Assembly: GCA_004764695.1 (NCBI GenBank)
Contig: SMSO01000007.1
Coordinates: 62,001-126,000, forward strand
DNA: 64,000 nucleotides
Direction: 5' to 3'
DNA from: Schizochytrium sp. TIO01
Taxonomy: Eukaryota > Protista > Bigyra: Labyrinthulomycetes
Part shown: one piece after another, positions 37,500 through 48,912 of the stretch
Layout: each line of letters opens with the position of its first letter
Numbering within the stretch: position 1 is the first letter of the stretch
Position numbers and translations under genes: made by a program
The notes under the pieces: generated by a model
Database searches by the model: none
Told to the model about the DNA's origin: nothing
The model's input: only the letters and a program-made list of their open reading frames with translations

Positions 37500-38730
37500 G
37501 AGCCCAAAGTGGAGTATACGGTTTTCTTCACTGTAGGAGGCGCACTTTGCAATAGGGAGAAAACGCAGAACTTCAACCAGGAACCCGCTCCTGGACGACA
37601 GCAGTTTTAGTACCCACTACAATCACTTGATTAAAAGTGGGCTCCCAGTGGACTTTGGACTTGAAACATGAATTCCAGATTGGTTCTCGTAGAGTAAGTC
37701 GCTGCACGTATAATACGCTGAGTGGAATTGACGCGAACACTTATCACGGGAATATATCTAAGAGAATCGAATGCACGCAAACCTTGAACGCAATTGCAGG
37801 TTGAGAAAGAGACTTCTCAGAGACGAGAACACGGCCTGAAGCAAATCAGCATTTTCGTTTTCATAAACATGCGCGGAAATGCAAGAGATACAACGACCTC
37901 ATCAGGTTTTGACTCTTGCGACGGAAATCTTTCACCCTTGGAACACACCAGATCAACTTCAAGAGTCCACCCCCAAGCAGATTAATTCTTGCCTCTGATC
38001 ATGCAACAATGGCGACCAAGCCTCTATTATTTCTATCGCAGCCCCAACCAAAACCAAAGGCAGCATGCTCCGTTCTGGAATTGATGAAGCAATTTAGAAG
38101 CAATCGGGTGATTACCAGCTCCTGGTCAACTATAACTCGCACACGGAGTCGCCCATGAACGAACCCAGTTGATCGCTAGATACTGTAGTTCAGGGTGATT
38201 AGGTGGCAAAGGACCCTTTATTTATGCACACTCGCCGTCGCGAAGTTGGATCGAAGCGCCTTTTGCTGCCCAATATCTCAGACCCAAGTGACCATTGCGA
38301 GCTCCCAATGCCAAGTGGAAGTACGTAGTTTCTATTTTAGCTCTTCTCGCAATTGATTTGAGATGAAGCTTCTAAAACATGCGATTGTCCTGAGGCAATG
38401 ATGCACAATCCGTTTGGCAGGACGCCATGCAAACGGGGAGGATATCTTCGAGGATAACTTGCGAACTGGAGACCGGTGAAAGTATAAATCTCGAAGGAGC
38501 ATTGGTCGCAGAAGGCATCGAACCGGAAGCTGAATAGGCTCTTGAACAGAGAGCTCTCGGAGAAAAACAAGAAATCTTGCCGAGATAGATGACAAATCAC
38601 GCACTGTATGCCAGGCTTGCGTGACCTCAAGCTTCGACAAACGCACTTCAGACCCGCCCGTATCAACCAGAGCAGCAGACCTGCAGACCTCCTCGAAGAG
38701 CCTTCCACGTCGCGGTTCTCGCGCCTCAAT
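37500..38730 (-). pseudogene. Decayed gene relic, possibly LRR/RNI-like
   Basis: Coding-like segments across shifted frames (RLFEEVCRSAALVDTGG; FSESSLFKSLFSFRFDAFCDQC; LPPNHPELQYLAIN) with many stops. Confidence 0.3.
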
Positions 38731-39195
38731 TCTTCACTTCTTCATTTCTTCATTTGGTCTTTGACTCTTTAATAGTGCTTTATAGATGGAAAAAGAGGAA
38801 CCTTTGCTTCAGATTCTAAGGAAGCTCAGTCAGTCAGTCAGTCAGTCAGCCAGCCAGGGCTCTTCCGCTCGCCTCCATCCGCGACAGCTGGCAGGACGGG
38901 CTCTGTGAGACCTCAGTTGACCCCACGCGTCGAGCTTCGTCTGCCTCAGCAGCGAAGAGTCTTGGCGGCGCCTTTGCTCCAAGTCTGCAGAACTTGATTG
39001 ATGCCATTCTTTTCATTGTCTCTCTCTTCTTTTCATTCGTGGCTTTTCCTTTTTTAATTAATTAACTAATTAATTAATTAGTTAATTAATTAATGAAGAT
39101 TCTCCACTCTAGTCGCCACTAGCCTAGGCCTACCGGTATTTTTAGCTTTTAAAGTAAAGTTTTAACTTTAATGACGAATTCTAAAAGTCTTTTCT

Positions 39196-39258
<63 letters not shown>

Positions 39259-39665
39259 CTCTCTTCAGTATACAAAAGGAGAAACGATCGCCATAGTGGT
39301 AATAAATACTAAACATCAGCGATAATACTAACAATTGTTATGTCATGGTTATTTATTTCATGATGGATCGCAGTGACCATTGAGACACGAGACCGTGATC
39401 AAATCGCAATTGGCGCGGTCGGGGCCTCGGCAGCGGGCTTTGGACACCTGATTTCGTCGGCGGTGGGTGTGGGTATCTTGACGAGGCTGTATCGGAGCGT
39501 CTTCCGTGTGGGGGTTACGTAATCGAGGGCTAAATCGGCGCGTGCGATCGCGTCGGGTGGCGAGCCCGGGACCAGGGATTCCACCAAGCACGCAAAGCGT
39601 GTAGTTTGTGAAGCTGAGAACGTCTTGGGCTTGCTAGTGGTCCTGCAAAAGACTCGAAGCCCGCC

Positions 39666-40928
39666 ATGGGAAACTTACAAACTATTCTGGGCGATTGCCA
39701 ACTCGGCGAGGTCCCGGCGTACCTCCAACAGTACATTCGCAAGGGCGAATCTGGCGACGAGGCCTACATGGTCTACAACGAAAGAAGTGGGTTTCGACGC
39801 CCTGGAGATGAAGATGCATCTCATAATGATGCTAGCATGTATTACTCGGGCCCTGCCCAGCAAGTCGTGCGCGCCAAGCTTCTCGAGGAGCAGGAATCCC
39901 GCCAACGACAAGTTCTTGCAGATCTCGTGGACCTCTGTGTAGACGGTATCGACGACACCAATGCTCGTGGGAAATCAGCACTTTCGGGATCTTCAAGCTC
40001 ACGTGTAGCCCAAATGCCAGGTGGCCAGGTGTTTTCAGCCCCGAAGGTCCAACGCGAGGACCTCACCTCCGAAGTTTGGAGCGACGCAGCTGCCAAAGGC
40101 CCTGTGCGAGCAACCCCGTGGGATTCAAACAATGCTCAGAATGATAGTGATGAGGAAACCGCCCATCGCAAGAAGTCCAAGAAGAAATCTAGCAAGAAGA
40201 AGAAGTCCAAACGGCACGCTGATCTTGACAACGAGCAGGAGAATGATCGCGAGCAAGGCGAAATATCTGGCCGCGTTGAGGCCATCGTCAACTCTTATCC
40301 TGAGCCCATCAAGGAGCTCCTTCGTAAGAATAGCAACGGGCGCCACGATAAGAGCAATAATAATAGTAGTGATAAGGAAGAAGTCGTTGACCCAGATGCT
40401 GACTACGAAAGCGAAGTCGAGTCCACCGATCCTCTTTCCGCAGAACACACACAAAGTGATGCCACACGGTACTCCGGCTCAGGGAAACCTGTGGAAGCCG
40501 ACAAGGACTCAGTAGGATCAGGGTCAGGAATGATGAATGTGAATAGCAACAACAATAATAACAACAATGAGAACAATAGCAGTAACAAGGAGCAAGGGTC
40601 GCTTCGTGTTCATCGTGAGGAGGAATCCAAGCTTTTTGCGAGACTGAATATTATCGTTGCTCCCTTTGAAGAACCAAACGAGCCTATTGACGACCACTTT
40701 CTTCTAGATGCAGAGTGGTTCAGGGATTGGTCTGCCTTCCTCAAAGGTGCTGCGCGGCCTGGACCTATCGAGAATGGCAAGCTCCTCGATGGTGATGGTA
40801 AGCCATGGCCAGGCCTTGATGCAGGACAGGATTACGTGGGTATTGACAAGGTTGGCTGGAACCTTCTCAAAGACATTTATGGTGCAGACTGTGCTATCAT
40901 ACGCCCTGTCTATGACTTGTATGCATAA
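39666..40928 (+). CDS. Protein with a C-terminal DUSP domain and no USP catalytic domain; possible N-myristoylation
   Basis: C-terminal FLLDAEWFRDWSAFL...PGPIENGKLL...GQDYVGI...WNLLKDIYG matches the DUSP pattern; begins MGNLQT. Confidence 0.8.
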   Translation: MGNLQTILGDCQLGEVPAYLQQYIRKGESGDEAYMVYNERSGFRRPGDEDASHNDASMYYSGPAQQVVRAKLLEEQESRQRQVLADLVDLCVDGIDDTNARGKSALSGSSSSRVAQMPGGQVFSAPKVQREDLTSEVWSDAAAKGPVRATPWDSNNAQNDSDEETAHRKKSKKKSSKKKKSKRHADLDNEQENDREQGEISGRVEAIVNSYPEPIKELLRKNSNGRHDKSNNNSSDKEEVVDPDADYESEVESTDPLSAEHTQSDATRYSGSGKPVEADKDSVGSGSGMMNVNSNNNNNNNENNSSNKEQGSLRVHREEESKLFARLNIIVAPFEEPNEPIDDHFLLDAEWFRDWSAFLKGAARPGPIENGKLLDGDGKPWPGLDAGQDYVGIDKVGWNLLKDIYGADCAIIRPVYDLYA

Positions 40929-41608
40929 ATGAATGCTGATGGATATCAATCCTCCATGGGTTTTTTGTTTTGTTTTTTTCCTGGCGTAAAGTCTATGGCG
41001 TGGAGGAGCTTGGTCTGTGCTTTTTAATATTGATATATCTCAAGAGGAGACTGGATGGAAAGATATAAACCTCTTCTATACTGGTGATTGTTAGATCCTC
41101 ACTTCACATAGCGCCTTTTTGTGAGTCAAACGATTTTCTTCTCAACCTGTGCCCTCACCTGACGCATTTTTCATTTTGTTTCATCTGTTTGTTTCAGGTT
41201 CCTAGCCAAAATCTATCACTACACATATTAGCCACCCACACAACTATACAAAAAAGCACCTGGTACATAACACAATAGGGTACACTCGTTGATAGCAAGT
41301 AAGCAACTTGGCACAGTAATAACAATAACAGCAGCACAAATTAATACTAAACGCTTATAGACCTACATACTACCTTTCATTGAAATAGTCTTCATACTCT
41401 CCTAATATTCCAGCAATTTCCCTGAGCTGAATTTCCCTAGCTCAGGAATTGAATTATTGTAAAGTAAGTGTTGCGATTGAGTTTCCACAATTAAAATATT
41501 GCCGATCCCGCGTTGAAATCTTTTAGTAAGCAAAGAAGAGATTTGTCCACAACGCCATAACTTGTGATTGCCCAAATAACCCTTTTGTTTTTACTAACTA
41601 ACGCGAAC

Positions 41609-44101
41609 CTAAAGATATGTTGGGCGCACCAGAATGAAATCCTCTGCATTAGGGCGCTCTTTAGCAGCAATTTTGACTCTGGATTTGCGAAAAAAAGTTC
41701 GACCTTTTCGTACCCGAAACTCCTCTCCATCAGAACCTATGGAAATAAGCGAAGTAGAGTAATCTGCACTTGAGTTTCTTGTGTTAGACACATTCACTGA
41801 GTCCTGTTGGTCTGTTCCATTTGTCGAAGTAACAACGTTCTGTGACTTGCTCAATGATGAAGATTCGTGCGGAGGTTCTGTTTCGTCCATTGAATTCTGA
41901 ATTACACTTGGAATTGACGCTAGATTCCCAGTACGTTGTTTATCAGAGGTAAGATTGCTGCTGTCAGAGACCTGAGAAGCGGAAACCTGCGACGTTACAT
42001 ATGGCGCATGCTCCTTCTTCAGTGGCTTCGGCTTAGGCTTTGGATTGCTAAATGGATCGTCATCATCAGAATCCTCCACAACGTTATCATCCGCGTGCTT
42101 CAATCCCTTATCAAGTACTTTCGAGAAAGTACGGTCTGGATCTGATGAGACTACTTCCTTCTTCAGCCGTCTTGTGGGAGGTCCGCCGGCATGGCCAACG
42201 TCTGAATCATTGTCTTCACTACTTGAACAAACGCTACCCGGGGTGGTCGATCGCTTACGCTTGTTTGCCTGCGATGTGTGTGGCTGTGATTCCTTTTGAG
42301 ACTTTAATAGAGATGAAATGCTTGGTCCTTGTGAACGCGAGGGTACTTTTTGCCATGACTTTTTCAATATAGCCTCACCAGTCTCATTTCTTCTCGTTAG
42401 TTGCCTTTTGCCAATGTGCATTTGAGAAGAAGAAGTTGCCACGTGTTCTGTTTTCAATTTTCTCTCCGCTGATGGAGACTTCATAGAACTATGTGTGTTG
42501 TCCCTGCTTAGCTTGGTATCCTCCTTCCGTATGACCCCATGCACACTTGCATTCTTAGTGAGATTGTTTTCATCGTCATCATCGTCATCATCGTCATCAA
42601 AAAGGTCAATTGAAGGATGGGTGGTTCTTGGCCTCTCTGGACTGGCCTCAATTTTGACATGATTCAGGTTCTTTTGCTTTGGCGCTTCTGCTGCCGCGCG
42701 GATCTTGTCACGGACTTTGGAGGCTTCCTCCAGTGCATCGCAGACAAGTGCGTTGGAAAAGCTCAAGGGAACGGAGCAAAGAATATGGGTGCTAATCTCC
42801 CCAGAGTAAATGGATGGTACACCCATGAGAAAGTCCTTTACGACGTCTATCTCACTGATTTTGGAGTCAGGCATCATAACGGCGATAATTTTTTCCCCAG
42901 CATCAAGACGAGGAAAAATCTCTTCCCGCAAAAAGTGTTGTGCTAAATTGACAAAGTCAGGATCATTCAAGTTTGGCAATTTTTCTGTTTTAGCGCCTGC
43001 TGACTTTAGGACTGGGTCAAGGGTGATCACATTCGGCTCAGTCAGCAAGAATGTGAGGCCTGAGAATAGCGTTACCAGATGCTCGTTTGTCTTAAATGAA
43101 ACTTTGGCAGAAGCTTCAGGTGGCATGTAAATACTGTTTGAGGAAAAGGAAAATCCCTGGGAATTAGCCTGGCTTCGAGCAACCAGGCTAAGTCGTGCAT
43201 CCATGGAGTAGTTGGATGCATTCGAGGCGCTTTGCTGCATCTGATGCGTTGACGGAAGAAAATTCGCCAAATTCTTTCGTTCAGGTACGCTGAACCCCCT
43301 GGAGATATCAGCTCGCAAAGACATCAGCCACCTAGCCTCTACGATGGGTATGTTCTCTACAAGAGCACGTAGCATCTTAGCTGAGAGTTGTTGTGGATCT
43401 GGTCCTGTCATGACAATGTTTGGAGTTGTGTGAGGAGTCCTTCCCCAGTTGCGAAGAATTTCAACACATGGACAGTATGCTGCGAGTTGTTTAATCTCCA
43501 TTTTAGACTTGGCGCTCATGCTTGTTGCGCATACTCTGTATGGCGGGGCAATTTTATTCAAGAGAACAACAATCGAGTTGTTGTCGCTATTACTTAGGCG
43601 AATTAAGCTACCACTTTGGAGCTCCATTTTGGGACTTGGAGGGAGCAGCTCCCCTGCACTTGTCTGCACGACGACATTATACAGAGTTTGCTTGCGATTC
43701 ACAAACGACAGTTCAACTTTGCCACTATTTGTCAACTCGAGTGTGAGGTTCCCATGACGTGAGAACGAGGATTGCCATGGTCTAGGTTCCCCATTAGAAG
43801 TCATCTTATGCTGCCGATCCACCCAGTCTGGCACGGCGGCCTGAATGATATGATCCACTTTTAGTACTTCACACTTCTTCTTGACAGTGTCCATGTTCTT
43901 CAGCTCCTCTGGGTTTCGTCGCACAAGCTCACTTTTGCCTTCCCGGAGGTAATAGCGAGGCCAGGGCCCAGAGGATGAGGATGCCAATGAACCATTTGGC
44001 AATCCTCCTTTTGCGTTAGTATTAACGACCGGTTCCCCTTTCTTATTCAGAACCATGAGCTCTAGCACCCAACACATGGTATGCGATGATCCCCTGCTCA
44101 T
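41609..44101 (-). CDS. NBS1: Nibrin/NBS1-like protein (FHA-like domain, tandem BRCT, disordered tail, Mre11-binding-like motif)
   Basis: BRCT1-like KMLRALVENIPIVEARW, BRCT2 start LFSGLTFLL...VLKSAGA, C-terminal KGRTFFRK resembling NFKxFxK. First ATGs are 44101 and 44077 (MCWVLE). Confidence 0.7.
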   Translation of the reverse strand: MSRGSSHTMCWVLELMVLNKKGEPVVNTNAKGGLPNGSLASSSSGPWPRYYLREGKSELVRRNPEELKNMDTVKKKCEVLKVDHIIQAAVPDWVDRQHKMTSNGEPRPWQSSFSRHGNLTLELTNSGKVELSFVNRKQTLYNVVVQTSAGELLPPSPKMELQSGSLIRLSNSDNNSIVVLLNKIAPPYRVCATSMSAKSKMEIKQLAAYCPCVEILRNWGRTPHTTPNIVMTGPDPQQLSAKMLRALVENIPIVEARWLMSLRADISRGFSVPERKNLANFLPSTHQMQQSASNASNYSMDARLSLVARSQANSQGFSFSSNSIYMPPEASAKVSFKTNEHLVTLFSGLTFLLTEPNVITLDPVLKSAGAKTEKLPNLNDPDFVNLAQHFLREEIFPRLDAGEKIIAVMMPDSKISEIDVVKDFLMGVPSIYSGEISTHILCSVPLSFSNALVCDALEEASKVRDKIRAAAEAPKQKNLNHVKIEASPERPRTTHPSIDLFDDDDDDDDDENNLTKNASVHGVIRKEDTKLSRDNTHSSMKSPSAERKLKTEHVATSSSQMHIGKRQLTRRNETGEAILKKSWQKVPSRSQGPSISSLLKSQKESQPHTSQANKRKRSTTPGSVCSSSEDNDSDVGHAGGPPTRRLKKEVVSSDPDRTFSKVLDKGLKHADDNVVEDSDDDDPFSNPKPKPKPLKKEHAPYVTSQVSASQVSDSSNLTSDKQRTGNLASIPSVIQNSMDETEPPHESSSLSKSQNVVTSTNGTDQQDSVNVSNTRNSSADYSTSLISIGSDGEEFRVRKGRTFFRKSRVKIAAKERPNAEDFILVRPTYL

Positions 44102-45470
44102 GGTAGCGTCGTCCTTCCTTGACGCTGCAGCGCGTCGTTGGGATATGGTTCTCCAACTACTCCCAAACAACCAAACAATTTCATATCATTATTTTAAAAT
44201 TCATTCTTAAATGAGATAGATCATTGTAGCTTTGACGATTCGGATCAAAATGATTCTCATTCACGCGCGAAGAACATGTGTGGATAAGCGAACTCGTCTC
44301 AGCGCTGTGAAGCAAGTAAAGCTATCGGGCGTGCGATCAATATTGGGGTCTTTTTAAAAGGCGGAAGGTACATATGGAGAGTTTGATATTGCAAAAAGTC
44401 TACAGCAAAGTTGTGATACGGATGACACTTTCTGTTAGCGAGGGCGTACCCTTTTTCTATTTCAGATATAGCTAGCTTGAAAAAGAAAGCTTTTCCTGTA
44501 TGGACTATGGACTACCGGCATTTGCAATTTTTTGAGAGCATTGAACATCGAAGAAGTCATGATTTCCCAATAAAAACTAAAACCTGTTCCGCAGCACAGC
44601 ATAGCACCATTTCAACTTCTTTGACGTTTTATGCCAATTGTTAAATTATCTTCGAATCTGAAGTTTTTTAATAAGCCGTTCATGGCTGAGGATTTTGAGG
44701 AGATCCTCACGCAAAAAAGCTCTTGAGAGCTGATCTGCATATCCCCAACAGCCAAAATGACAGCGACAATGACATGTCACAACACATCTCCAATCTTCTC
44801 TAAATCAAAAACGGCCCTAGGTCTGCTGGTCTTTGAACCCAGGCATGCCAAGCTTCGTGCATGTGCTTGTATGCACCAAAGGTATTTGCATCCACCTTGA
44901 CGGACGTCAGGGTCATCCGGCACCATCGTGGTGTCCTATTACTATGTTTTTCCTTATGTGGTCTCATTAATCGGAGTTTCACATCTCGCGAGTAAATACC
45001 ATATTGTAGGCGTTGCCCTCCGCGCTAGGCTTTGCGAGCCTCGTCTTAACCTTGAGTCGTCCTTCGCTACTTTGAAACGCCTCATCCACACCAGCGAATG
45101 CATTTCGTCGTATCGAATTACATAGTCTGAACGATAACATTTGTTCCTTTCTAGTTGATTTAAGGTATTGCCGACATCTTCAGCATTTCGCCCGTCAAGG
45201 CCAACCCGATGCAGTTTTCCACGAGTCTAGCCTAGAACTGGCGACATCCTTTCGATACGAGAGCCTTGCGATTCATCTTTGCTTGGGCTCGTACTGGTCC
45301 TGTTGGTGCTGCTTTTGTTATTCTTGCTAGGACCAGAAGCGGTTCAAGCACTCTTCCTATGGAAAAGGAGGAGAAACGAGCAAAATTGACGTAAACTCGC
45401 TTCTTCAGTCAAAGCGCTTCAGCAGAACCTCACTACTCGCGAGGGATCAAGGCAGAACCTCTGAGCGGGC

Positions 45471-47483
45471 ATGAGCTCTGGTGACGGCTCTGCCGGGCCT
45501 CCTGGCTCTGCGCCAGGCCTGGCCTCGTCACTTCTTCGCTTTGGCAAGCTCTACGTTGCTGCCTGGCGTCGTGAGATCGAGCAATTATGGGCGCCTACGC
45601 CTCAAGACGCTCCTGGCAACCCTCGCGACCACGCTGACTGTGCCGGTGGCGCCGCCGGCCGCTCCTCAGTTCCTGCGGGTCCAGATGCTGGCGCCGGGGG
45701 CTCCTTTGACGCTCAGGTGAAGTCCCTAGACGCTCAACATTCCTTTTCGAAGCACTCTCAAAACCATTGTCAAAACCAAAATCAGGAGTATCATACAAAC
45801 CGTCAAAGCCATCATCAAATTCGCGGGGGCAGTGCTCCTGGCAGTGCTCCTTGCAGCCAAGGGCGTGAGAGTTGCGACTGTCGAGGGTCTGGGCACTCAG
45901 TTGCCAACTCTGAGTTTGCTTTCTCACCGAGAAGAGCAGCTGCGCTCGTTGCATGTGGCGTCACGGTTCCTGCTTTGATGGTGTGGAATCATGTTGGTTT
46001 CTGGTTCGACAGCGTGTTCTATGGCGACTATAGGCACCAAGAGGTCGAGCGACCTACCTTCATCGTCGGTCACGCCCGTAGCGGCACGAACTGGGCCCAC
46101 AGGGTTTTGGCAGAGGATGACGTACACTTCACGGCTCCGCAGCTCTGGGAAATGGTTTTTGCACAATCAGTCTCCTGGCGCTTGTTATTTTTCAAGATTG
46201 CTGCTGTAGATCAGAAATTTGGGGGCTTTCTCAAACGTCTGCTAAAGAGAGTTGACCATGCTGCTATGAAGCAAACCAGAGGGCTAGGACTCAGCCAGCG
46301 AGAGGAGGATGAATGGCTCATGCTCAACATCGCTGCTTCGCAATTGGCTTCACTTCTCTTCCCACTCAACGAGGATGATCAACGAAACCTTAACTTCTTT
46401 GACTCGACACTCTCAACAAAGCAACGCCATCTCATCTTCGCCTACTACCGTCAATGCATTCAGAGACATCTCTACGCACACGAACTTATGGAGGACATTC
46501 GATTTAACGAGCGCGCCCGTCTCCGCGAACGGGCTCGATCGCTTTCCGTACGGAGTAAAGGCTCTCAACGCTCCTCGAGCGGATTCATGAGCCCCAACTC
46601 CGGTAGTGAGCTTACCTTGAGAACATTCGGCTCGCACCAGGAGCCTGTTTTTAGCAACGCTCAAGGAAGCCAAAGAAGTATGGTCGGAGCCTTACCTGAA
46701 GAGGAAGCGTTTTCTCAGCAGCAAGTTTCCAATTCACGACATTTGCAACGTCGTAGGAAGGTCAGATACTTGGCCATGAACCCCACATTTACTTTGCGCC
46801 TGAAAACGCTCTTTGAAACTTTTCCAGATGCCAATGTGGTCGTCATGGTTCGCGACCCATTCAGGGCTATCCCTTCTATGATATCACATAATGCCATGTG
46901 TGTACGCTACTTTGCAACTCCTACGGTGAGGTACCCACAGCAAACTTCTCTTACTAACATGAGCTCTCTATACTATACATACCCAGTCTTTGTTCGTAAT
47001 TGTGATCCTCGAGCAGCACGGCAAATGTGCTTTTTGCACTACGAGCTCTGTGCGGATGATTTAGTCAAGTCCTTCACAGCACTTTACGCTCACCTTGGAT
47101 TGAGCATGACGAGCCGGATGGCTGCAAGCCTCATGGACGAAGCCAAGCTCTCCAGGCAATACGCAGGAACCCATCACTACAATATTGTTGAGACCACAGG
47201 GAAAAGTCTTGAGGAGTTTATCTCTCGCCACCGCGCAGCTTTCGAGCTCTACCCAGCTTACCTCCGCGGTCTAGAGTTTGATATGCCGCAGCATACTAGA
47301 AGTCCCACAAGCCTCAGCAGTGGTTCCCTGCATTCAACCACGTCGACTATTGGTTTGGAGATGCATGCTGAGGAAGTCAGTGACAACAGCGATATTGAAG
47401 ATAGTAGTTTCAGCAATCAGGGACCAGAGTCTGACTATATAAGTGGCGATGAACCAGAAACGCCAATAGGTTATGGCTTCTAA
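45471..47483 (+). CDS. Sulfotransferase-family (Sulfotransfer_3/Stf-like) protein
   Basis: PTFIVGHARSGTNW (5'-PSB loop), EEDEW, FPDANVVVMVRDP..AIPS (3'-PB), LHYEL..D. Confidence 0.82.
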   Translation: MSSGDGSAGPPGSAPGLASSLLRFGKLYVAAWRREIEQLWAPTPQDAPGNPRDHADCAGGAAGRSSVPAGPDAGAGGSFDAQVKSLDAQHSFSKHSQNHCQNQNQEYHTNRQSHHQIRGGSAPGSAPCSQGRESCDCRGSGHSVANSEFAFSPRRAAALVACGVTVPALMVWNHVGFWFDSVFYGDYRHQEVERPTFIVGHARSGTNWAHRVLAEDDVHFTAPQLWEMVFAQSVSWRLLFFKIAAVDQKFGGFLKRLLKRVDHAAMKQTRGLGLSQREEDEWLMLNIAASQLASLLFPLNEDDQRNLNFFDSTLSTKQRHLIFAYYRQCIQRHLYAHELMEDIRFNERARLRERARSLSVRSKGSQRSSSGFMSPNSGSELTLRTFGSHQEPVFSNAQGSQRSMVGALPEEEAFSQQQVSNSRHLQRRRKVRYLAMNPTFTLRLKTLFETFPDANVVVMVRDPFRAIPSMISHNAMCVRYFATPTVRYPQQTSLTNMSSLYYTYPVFVRNCDPRAARQMCFLHYELCADDLVKSFTALYAHLGLSMTSRMAASLMDEAKLSRQYAGTHHYNIVETTGKSLEEFISRHRAAFELYPAYLRGLEFDMPQHTRSPTSLSSGSLHSTTSTIGLEMHAEEVSDNSDIEDSSFSNQGPESDYISGDEPETPIGYGF

Positions 47484-48405
47484 GTCCCTAGATAGACGCA
47501 GCACAAACCCTCATTTCCTGTTTCTATTTCATCTGTAGTATCACATGTCATGTATATAGTTGCATTTCTCTATTTTCTACGTGGGCTGTTGATAATGCAC
47601 CAAACGGAATACGATAAGCAAATATAGATTCCCATCCGTATGTTGCACATCATGGTAAAATAATCATCCAAAGATGTGCCTCATGCACTTTCTTTACTTA
47701 TTTCTTTTTTCCTCTTTTAAAAATTTATGCAAGCATCAAACTAATCAAAATTTAGTGCCTCGGGTGCTACTCTAGCCATTTGGAAAGCATGTTTGGCTCT
47801 AATACTAGCCACGACAAATCTTAACACTGGAGTGGTTACCAGTAAGTCGCTGTTTATCTTTTCTATGCAATATGGGTTAGTCTGAAGACGGAAAACCGCA
47901 TATTAAGAAGCGCAGTGGGAGAACATGTTGGCAACACAATAGTATATAATAACTTTTCTATTTTACTTCTTTATTGTTTTATTTCCACGTCTCACTTGAA
48001 ATCACATCACTCATGCCGTCTTTCGTATGGACCTCTCTCTGTCACGCGCTTGTGTTCTACGTATACTTACAGAAAACGAGTTCTGAAAATAATAAATAAA
48101 CAAAAAACATGATGATTCCAAAGAGAAGATTCATTTGACCTCAGAGGATACGTTCTACAGCGTATAAGCTCGAATCACATTCTTTTTGCCGTCATATGCT
48201 GCACATTTTAGCACTTGAATGGTTTTCCTGTATACTGTGGACATCTCTTCTCCAACTGTTACAATAAAGAAAGGAAGATACAGCATAAAATAAGTTTTAA
48301 GATTTTAATGCAATCCCCAAAAATACAATTGATGGCGAGAGAAAACATATTCATATCATTTTGCTTTAATTACGAGAAAGAATATAATGTGCACAAGAAA
48401 TCACT

Positions 48406-48912
48406 CTAGCAAACAGATCTTCCGAAGCGCCTTTCAAACTCCTCTTTCTCTAACAAAGTCTGCTCCGTCATAATATCAGCTTCGCGCTGCTGCTGTCGTG
48501 CACGTGCACGATCCTGCGCGAGCAGGATGTTCTGAATGAGTGTATCCTTCTCACGCGACCTGCGCTCAACAAAGTCCTCAGCCTCCTTCTTTTCCATCTC
48601 TGCATCGTGAGCAAGTGTTACTTCGAGTGCAAGCCGTTCGTTAGCTCTCATTTCTTCAAGGTGTTGAAGTTTGTTTTGTTCTGCTTGATGTACAAGATTG
48701 TCAAGGTGCTCCTTCTGCCGAGCAGCAGCTCCAGGCCGCTCACTCGGATGCCAGCTATCCAAGAGTCGCTCATCACGTCTCTCACGCTCATCTCTTAACC
48801 TTGCTAGACGCTGCTGCTCCTGCTCTACCTCTGTGGAATAAGTGCATTCTTGCAAATGACGCGATACATTTCGTTGCGGTCTTTTCAGAATACTAGGTCG
48901 TACGGGCTCCAT
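48406..48912 (-). CDS. Charged coiled-coil protein (~168 aa), possibly ciliary
   Basis: E/R/Q-rich helical ORF ending FERRFGRSVC; first ATG 48912 (track starts at GTG 48930). Confidence 0.7.
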   Translation of the reverse strand: MEPVRPSILKRPQRNVSRHLQECTYSTEVEQEQQRLARLRDERERRDERLLDSWHPSERPGAAARQKEHLDNLVHQAEQNKLQHLEEMRANERLALEVTLAHDAEMEKKEAEDFVERRSREKDTLIQNILLAQDRARARQQQREADIMTEQTLLEKEEFERRFGRSVC

